Both the position numbers and the translations under genes were made by a program. From Carpediemonas membranifera BICM (taxonomy: Eukaryota; Protista; Fornicata): a DNA stretch of 64,000 bases. Numbering within the stretch: position 1 is the stretch's first letter; each line of letters begins with the position of its first letter. Positions 55,630 through 64,000 of the stretch are shown piece after piece. Location of the stretch: the NCBI GenBank assembly GCA_019828565.1, contig JAHDYR010000035.1, forward strand, positions 78,572 through 142,571, given 5' to 3'. The notes under the pieces were generated by a model, which saw nothing but the letters and a program-made list of their open reading frames with translations, did no database searches and had not been told where the DNA came from.

Positions 55630-58600
55630 GTGTTCTACCCCAGAGTCCAGGCGGACTACTCCAAGTACGTAGCACATCCCCACCGGACGAGCCAGACGGC
55701 ACCAGCTAGTGAGCAACACACCCCATCACTTCTCCCCGTGGAGGAGGGCCTTGATCTCGGCCGAATCCATAACCGGGACTTTTTCGAGACCACGCCACAC
55801 AATGACCTCGAACAGCTCCCCAAAGCGTCCCAGACGCCTTGGATTGCGCAAACACCACCCCCAAATGGGATCAAGGAGTCGTTAACGCCACTGGGCAAGC
55901 AACTGGCCACACCGGACGAATGGGACTGCATCAGAGCCTCAGCAGATGCGGCTATTCCCACAAGGGACGTTGCCATGGTCTTCACCAGAGATGACGCAAC
56001 GGACTTCACTGCCCGAACGGGAAAGGTCGCAAGGACGCTCCTCCTAGAGCTCGTGGCAACATCGCTGCAAGCTGCAGGACATTCTTCGATCTCAGGCAAC
56101 GGCATCCAGACCAAGTACGGGATGGAGGCTGCAATGTGGCTCCTCCATGCCGCCGGACACGCCATCTCCGCGGGAGCTGCAGCCAGAGGGCTCCCCCTCA
56201 CTAGGACGCGAAAACAAGAAGCTCTGGGCCGACCTAGGCTGGGAACTAGCCAAAGGGCAAGGCTACCACGCCCCCTCACCCCCCCGGAGGGAGGTTTCCG
56301 CAGACCAGACGGCACGCCCATCCAGATCTGGACCCAGGGCCCCGTCGAGGAGATCCTCATCTACAGCAGAACCGAGGGTGTGATGAGGCCAGTCTTCCCA
56401 CCCCCACCCCCTGGAAGAAGAGCCTTCGGCAGCAGAGGCAGACCTGAGGGAGGAGGTCAGAGACCTCATCCAACGGTGGTCAGTCCCCGGCTTCCCCGAA
56501 CTCTGGTCGGCATGGGATAAGACCAGGCGTCTCTGGCCCCCACCCGCGAGGATTGCCCGCGAACTGGTGTCTGCCTCCTTTCTGACGCGCAACATCACTA
56601 ACTACTGGCTCACAACGGGGCAGACCCAAGTTATAGAGCCCGTACGGGACGGGGCATCTCATGGAGCCCTGGGTACTAACGAAGAAGAAACCCCCTGGGC
56701 CCGAGCGGCAGCAGGACTTCCGGCCCTGATGACACACCCACCACGCCAAACAAGGGCACATGCGGGCCCAGCATGGGAGCTAGCCCGCCTCGTTCCAATA
56801 TCACCCAACGAGCCAACACCACCAGGCAGTTGATCGCTATGGTGGACTTTGAGGAAGGAAGAGCCAGATCCAACCAAGGAGACGAGGCCATCATTTGCGA
56901 AGGGGCGGCACTGATTTTCGACCCAGCCAACGAGCAAATCCTCTACTACATGCACGGGATGCTTGGGGAAGACATCACAGTGGATGCCCTGGACCAATGT
57001 CTGTGGGCCACGCACTACATCCATGGCTGCCCACCAGCTACGTTTGTCGACGTCACCACGGGCAAAGCCCCCCAAGGGATACGAAGCAGACTTCCCCCAC
57101 GCCAAGCGATGGTGCACCGAGATGGCTACAGAGCTGAAGAGACTGGAAGACGACTCGGGGCCACAGAAGACCCACGTCCACATCGTGGCTAAGGGAGTCG
57201 AGGCTGAGAGAAGCATCCTGACCAGTGAGAAGTTCGTCCCAGACGGGAACCTCCGCACCTGGCTAAGCTTACGCCTCATGGATGAAACTGACCTCAACAC
57301 GATCTTCCCCAACATCCTCGACACGCTGACCTGGTTCTACCCCCAATAGTGGGGAGAAGAGCCTCACCGGCCTCCCCTCCCGACCCCAGTCCGAACTGGG
57401 CCGGACCTGGACCAGAAGGTACCAACAGCGCCCGGAGGCAAAAAGTGGCGTGCCCCTATCACAAGCACGCACCCCACCACTGCCACTGCGCCCTAGCAGA
57501 TGTCTCCATATTCTACGCCAGACTAGCAACAGCGTTCTGGATGAGAGACAACCCAGGCTGGGACTGGGGGCAGGTAGAAGCCCACCCTCACAGCCCTAGG
57601 AAGCATGCTCATGGGCAGGGAGTCGCCGTACCATGATGAATACAAGGACCTGGCGACCAAAGTCAACGCCAGACACGGCCCCGGCACCGTGGCGGCCGGT
57701 CGCCTAACCCCATTGTCCCAACAAGTCAACCTCTTTGGCACCAAGAACCCCAAACGGGGCCAGATTATCATGACCAACTGGGAGGAAAACGATTTCAGCT
57801 CCGGAAAGGGTATCACCAGAGCCCTGGAAGGAACAGCCGTGATCATCGGAAACCCAGAATCGCTCGCGAGAGTAGGCGAACTAGCGCGACCCATCCTCCT
57901 GGAAATCCACTCGGAGTGGAACGGGCGCCGCCGCGCTGTCCAAGACGGTTTCCCTTGGGCGAACCTGAGGGCGGAGCCCACGGAAATAGACGCGGAAAAG
58001 ATGCTTACTCTAGACGTCAGCGACACCAAAAGGATGACCCTATCCCAAGCGGCGTCTTTGATGCCCGTCCACAAATTCGACATAGCTGGAGGCCACATGG
58101 GCAGAGAAGCCAGGAAGAAGATCTTCAACTACTTCACGGAGGTCCCAGCCGACGATCGAGAACTCCTGGCCAACATGTGTGTCGACCCGGAGACAGGCTC
58201 CATCAACTTCCTCCCCTCGTTCCTCCCCCGGGACTGGGGTATCACGGATGAACCAGCAGAAAGAGGGAAGAGGCGAGTGGGCACCTTGAGGAGCGCCTCC
58301 TGGATAGGCAAACTCGCCCTGGCGGGCTCAGGCGTGGAACACCCAAAAGGGGGGAAGCCATGGGACACGCTGAACTGTGTTTTCCCGGAAGGCGCCAGCA
58401 CTAACGCCAAGAACAGACTGAGGACCGAGAGGAAGCAGGCGCTTCGAACAAAGGTGAGACGAAGGGCTACTGAACTCGCCAAGATGCTCCACAGGAGGAC
58501 GGAGGTCTACATGCCGAATGGCGGCATAGGGGGCCTATATGGCCCTCCACGCGGGCAAATTGTCACTGAACAACCGCAAAGTAGCAGGACAGAGCGAACA

Positions 58601-59100
58601 GAGCCCGGGCCCCCTCCAACTAAGAGCTGTGCCCCCCCCCATACCCCCCAACCCATCAGCCAAGACCCGCCAGGTCAGACAGGTGGACCAAGAGGACCTG
58701 CAGCCCAAAAAGAGCACGACAGGAGGACACCGACCTGGGCAGAGGCATAGCGGCCCTGCTGGACCAAGCCATGGCCCGGCGAGAAGCAGAGGTCAGACAA
58801 CAGCTGGAAGAAGCTGCAGCCAGAACCATCAACGAGCTCAAGGCCAAAAAGCCAGGAGCTGGAGGAAGAACGGGAAGCCCGGAGAGCAGCCCAAGCTGCG
58901 TTGGACGAGATGCGGAAGGACCTCAGGAAGACAACGGAGAAGTGCTCGTCTCTAACCGAAGAGAACGAGGACTTACTCAGCCGCGCGGCCCGACTCTCGG
59001 CAACCAACGAAGCCCCTCAGCTTCACCCCTAGCAGCCAAGATGGATAACTTCAGGTCTGACCTGAGAAGGAAGAGAGACGAGGAGAAGGAAGGAGAGTAG
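55630..59100 (+). pseudogene. LINE D ORF1 (frameshifted); DEDDh/Maelstrom-like domain at about 56830-57530
   Basis: MVDFEE...ICEGA...HGCPPATFVDVTTG (ORF 56773-57192); AKGVEAE (56963-57349); ACPYHKH...HCALAD (57349-57636). Confidence 0.75.
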
Positions 59101-59274
59101 AAACAATCATAAGTAAGAGGTGCAGAGGGTAGTGTGATATAAGTCTGAGCTAAAAGTACATATATGAACCAGCATGTATGGCCAGGCTGTGACTAGTAGG
59201 GCCTTAAAGTCCAAATGGACACCGGCGAACCATTCCGGCGGGAGCAAAAATGCAACACATTCTTTTTCAACAAA

Positions 59275-59673
59275 CCCCTGTGCTCCCACAGGGGCCGGGG
59301 GCAGGGTTACCAAAAGGTAAAAAGAGCCCTGCCTGTCCGGCAGGCTGTAAATCCAGCCTTGGGAGGGGCAACAACCACTGTCGCTCCCACCTAAGCTCGT
59401 TAGGTAATGGTTCTGCCATGCGGCGAGGAAGGAAGCTAAGCGGAGACCGGCAGCAATGCCGACAAGCATCGTGAGGCCCCGACTGTGAAAGGGAATGGTA
59501 TGCCCTAGGCCGGGAACTAAGGGAATACAGGCACAAGCCTGCCCAAAAGGAAACGACTGCTCGGTTAGAGGCCTCAGCAACCCACCAAAAGGTACGCCCA
59601 AAAAGGGAATGTCTACAAAGAGCAGATTAGTGCGCGCAGGGTAACTCCCGCAGTTTATGTCAGAACAACCTGA
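59275..59673 (+). promoter_or_regulatory. Structured inter-ORF RNA element of LINE D
   Basis: CCCCTGTG/CACAGGGG, CCGG...CCGG, AGGCTG/CAGCCT, GGGAG/CTCCC then CCTAAG: same hairpin order as in A and C. Confidence 0.5.
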
Positions 59674-62600
59674 ATGAGAATAATATCGCTAAACAGCGAA
59701 GGGCACCTAGCGGGCGCAAACGATTACAGCGGATCCATAGCTTTATCCATCCGCAAGAGGATAAGGACTGATGCGATCCTCCTCCAGGAAACCAAGCGGT
59801 ACGGTAATACCACCATCCCTTGCTGGGTAGATCTCCAGTACGCCTGTGCAGGAGAGGTCAAGCCATTAGAGGCAACGCGCAAGCGACCCACAAAGGGACT
59901 GGCCACACTGATTAGCCCGCAATCCAAAGCGGAATGGGACGTAGGCGTGTCCGACGGGACGAACCCACGAATCCAAGTAAGCATCCTCAAAGCATCGAGG
60001 GCCACGGCAGTCATCAATATCTACGCTCCCGATAGTGGATGTGCACGACCCGAGATTGAGGGAGTTCGACCGGATGCTAGAGCAAACCGTCGCGAACTAT
60101 GAGGGGTGTGACATCATCATCATCGGGGACTGGAACAGGAGGCCAGGGAAACTCAGGCAAGCAACTGCGATGACCCTCCAGCGATGGAACCTCACCCCAA
60201 TAGCACCAACTGCACTGACGTACGGGACTAACTCCCGAACGTCCACAATAGACTATGCAGCGGTAACAGGGGGTATCCAAAACCCGGTTGTTAGGGTAAT
60301 AGACAAGACCACAATCGGGCACTGGGGGTCGGCACACAAAAGCCATAGAGCTCACCTGGGATAGCAACCCGACAGGGAAACCAGAGATATCAAAGAGACT
60401 GGAAATCCCACGGATCGATACGTGGCTGGTCAAACCCAGGAGAACAGGGCCCAAGCTAGAAGAGTGGCCACCACTAGACAGCAAAAATACCAGTGGACGA
60501 GATGGAGACTCTCATAAGGAAATGGTTGTCCACCGGGTTTGCTACCTCCAGAAGGCACCCATTCGCTGTAGAAAACCAGGAACGTATCCCTAGTGAGGTA
60601 TGGGAACGGCTGGCCAAAGCCTCCACCTGGAGCAAAAACCGCCGCCAAAGATATCAAAAAGTCCCTCAACGGAGCACTGAGCAGATCATGGAGGACCTTC
60701 CAACATGACTGGAATGAGCAGGTTGAGGTTGGATCCCGTGATGGGTACAAAACGACAAAAAGGATCCTCGCAAACCAAGTGTTCCGCTTCTGGAACGAGA
60801 AGCAGCACGCCGGTCTCCCGGTGATGCTGAAGGCTGGAAACAAGATTCTAGCAAGGCAGAGGGAGATTGCAGACTCCCTCCAGGAGCAGTACGCGAAGGT
60901 AAGCTCCGGGAAGGAACCCACCTGGGAACCCACCTGGGAAACCGAGCCGGAAACGGACATGGAGGACCATCCGCCATCGCTTGAAGAAGTGACAGCGGCG
61001 GTCAAGTCCATAAGGAAGTCCTCGGCCGGAGGCCCGGACGGGATTATTGGAGATTGTCTGAGGGACCTCCCCCGAGTCAGCGTACGAGGCAATCACAGTC
61101 CTGCTCGCGAAAGTATACGACAGCGGGACCATGCCAACCACATGGAAGTATGCAGCGGTGTCGCCTATCCACAAGGTTGGGAAGGACAAGCTCACGCCCA
61201 GCTCGTACAGACCGATCTCCCCTCACCCCCTCCCTATACAGAGCCTACGGGAGGATACTGAAATGGCGCCTCAGGCCGACGGTGGAGAAGTTCATCCCCA
61301 GAGAGCAAGTTGGGTTCATGAAAGGGAAAACTGTAGTGGATCACATAGCCCTCCTAGCCCAACTCCACCAGTCCGGAAACCGTACCAGCGTCCTACTTGA
61401 CATAGCAAAAGCATATGATACGGTCCCAAGGGACCTGCTGGTGAACAAGTTGACGCTCATGGGGGTACACCCAAGACTGACGAGGGCCATCCGAAATACA
61501 CTTACAGAAACGTACATCTCGGTACGAGGGGCAAGCACATGGTCCAGAACAAACATGGGGGTCAAGCAAGGATGTGTGGTGGCCCCCACTCTGTTCATTC
61601 TCTTCACAGCTAACTGGCTAAGCCAGGCGGCACTGTACCTCCGGCATAGAGAGATCCCGGACCCCTGCCTCCCTCCAACGGACGATAGGCCCAAAAACTG
61701 CCCTCATTGCAATGTTTGTAGATGATACAAGCATCTCAGCCGAGACCCCGCAGCTCGCCGAAGAAGGCACAGACGCAGTGGTCAGGGTAATTGAAGCCCA
61801 TGGACTCCAGACCAGCCCAGGCAAAAGTGTGGTGATAAGTACCGACGTAACTGCAGCGGTCAGCATCCAAGGAACTCCCACACTGGCGTCAGACTCAGCA
61901 AGGTATCTGGGACTCTGGCTAGCCAGCGGGAAGAATCCGTTGGCAGCATGCATCAAAAATGAAGACGTCACAATCCCGGAAATACCTAGCCCTGGCAAGG
62001 AGAGCAGGGTGGACCAAAGGATCCACCCCGGCCGCCACCTCGGAATCCATCCTCAGAACCTTCCTCTGGCCCAAGATCGAGTTCGGGATCGAGATCTGGG
62101 GCCAAGCGCTCAGGGGAAGAGCCATCTGGAACAACTGGCGCGGCCTAATGGCAGGCACAGGACCAGGGGGAGGAGGAGCCGCCCGTGTACTAATGGGATG
62201 GATGTGCTGGGAGGCAGATATGGGGGCAGAGAGCGGGGAGGCTCTATGAGTCTGCGCACGACCCGGACCGTCCGACCCCCCTAGGGAATCTGGACTGGGC
62301 GACAGCGGAGAGAGGGATCGGTCTTACATCGCCTCTACCAATGGCGACGGAGCGTCCTCCAGGGCACACAGGGAGGAGATTCCCGCCAGGGAAAGAGCAA
62401 AGAGGGGAGGCTGGACCCCTCACAGCAGAAGAACTACTGCACACCGGGAGCCGAACGGCCAAAGGGGTGGCAACAGTACTAGCCCCGGAAGTCATCCTCA
62501 GCATGCAGCAAGGGAAGAGACCCAAGAAACCAGGAATGATCAAGGGGTGAGATGATAACCAGACGGGAAGTCAAGAGAGTAATCATGACTGCATCCAACA

Positions 62601-63058
62601 CACTCCCCTCCCCAGCAACAGTGGCAGAAGCAGAGCCATACTTGGGAGCGCGATCGGCCAGCCCCCAGGCCCTCCTGAGCAGGATCAAGCGGTGTTGCCC
62701 CCTATGTACCCTGGACTCAGAAGGTGACACCATTACTCGCCTGTACACTGTCACCAGAACCGCGGCGGAAACCACCAAAATCCTCTCAGAATGGGCATAC
62801 AACCAGCCCCTGGGAACACAAAGCCACATCATCTGCCAATGCAAGGCGGTAGAACGCCCAGAAGGATGGAATGACATCCTGGCGGAGGCGCATCTACGCA
62901 CACAGTACCACGCCCTAAGGCAAGGGCAGGAGGCGGAGTGGTACAACTCAAGGGCAATCCTGGAAATGCTCTGGCTCCTCCGCAGCGAGGACCATACCGT
63001 CAGAGAGGGACTGCAGAACGGCAGACGTGCCCTTCTGAACCTCCGGAAAGACGGGTAA
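59674..63058 (+). pseudogene. LINE D ORF2 (APE-RT-CCHC), many frameshifts
   Basis: SLNSEG, LLQET, INIYAP, GDWN, TIDY, WGSAH; GGPDG, YRPIS, LDIAKAYD, GVKQG, FVDD. Confidence 0.9.
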
Positions 63059-64000
63059 GTACACCATCCCAGAATCCTATGACCTCTGGGACCAGGGGTC
63101 AAACTGGGACCCAACCCCCGCCCTCAACCGAAGCGGGAGCGCTCCTGGGATCAGCGGGGACGCAAGCCCCACGTATCCCGGTAGCACCCAGCCGCGGAAG
63201 GGGGACTCAACCCCGAACACTAATCTCGCTAACATACAAACGCTCACCCATACTGGGAACGTAGACAACATTCAGCCGGCAGAACCGGCACACTCTTCAC
63301 ACGTATAAGAAATAACCCAGAGCCATAGGGCGGGGCACGTATGCACATGTATACACGTACGTGCGAGGTATCGGGGGCGCAGCAGCCAAACAGGAGGGTA
63401 ACCATAAGGCAACAATACCACCTGGGCGGCACCTGGACCAAATCAGAGCTGCGCCGAACGGCCCGGCACCCAAAACTTGGAACCAGCCGGAAGCTAGGGA
63501 AGAAGCCCTATAGGGAACAAATCCTTGAGGAGGGGATCCATGCCGAAACGGAAAGTGTGGAAGAGCCCGAACGCAGCCGTGAATCATATAGCTACCCAGC
63601 GATGATCGGTGGGTTTCATAACTGGCCCAATTGCGTGGTACGGCAAACGCCAAGCCCGAAACCGCTTCGGCGGGTGCCTGAAAAATTGCAAACTGGGTCG
63701 AATGGTATGGAGAACATATCCCTGAGAGGAGCCCTGTAGGGGAAACCGAGCAGAAGGCCCCGAGTGGCGGGTGTGCAGAACTGAGGCCTTGCGGTGCCAG
63801 GCAAATTGAGCCGAAGGACAAGAGTAAGACCTGGGTTGCGGTGGTGGATTCTGCTGCGGGCCCAGCTAATAATATCCCGTGAAAATTGCTTCCTATTAAT
63901 CAAATACCCCAAGCTCTTTCTTCTGCCAAAACCTAACTAACTACTACGTCCTTCATATAATACGCCGCTCACCCTAAAATTAACTTATAATAGCGCGTAG

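Larger units (their letters stand above)
54400..63900 (+). mobile_element. LINE D: distant relative of LINE A/C, heavily frameshifted; ends approximate
   Basis: ORF1 region to 59100 with the same nuclease motifs; ORF2 59674-63058 with APE, RT (FVDD), RYLGLWLASGKNPLAACI and CPLC...HIICQC. Confidence 0.88.

Noticed and set aside
2387-63912. The many antisense and alternate-frame ORFs in the ORF track
   Set aside because: They are shadows of GC-rich, strand-biased TE coding sequence with no independent motifs, apart from those reported above.

Overview
Eukaryotic, probably protist, transposon cluster made almost entirely of nested retroelements. (1) Four copies of three related APE-RT LINE families: A at 1521-9760 is full length with a 19-bp TSD and a (TTTC)n tail; B at 43320-47478 is a 5'-truncated near-identical copy of A; C (~49950-53090) and D (~54400-63900) are diverged relatives. 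Their very large ORF1 carries a DEDDh-type exonuclease domain with a Glu-Cys-His-Cys zinc site of the Maelstrom/arenavirus-NP kind. ORF1 and ORF2 are separated by a conserved, covarying structured RNA. This combination is the most novel thing here. (2) A head-to-tail run of tyrosine-recombinase (DIRS-order) retrotransposons at 19.5-38.8 kb. One is complete with split direct repeats, and two flank a tRNA-Gly(GCC) gene. (3) A recent chromodomain Ty3/Gypsy element with 82-bp LTRs and a palindrome where the PBS should be, plus two older Gypsy remnants. (4) A CRE-clade RT split by LINE B. (5) A RAG1/Transib-like transposase ORF, two OTU-like protease units and two catalytically dead integrase-like ORFs. 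Many frameshifts fall in homopolymer runs and may be assembly errors. All protein assignments come from reading motifs by eye; no database search was run.
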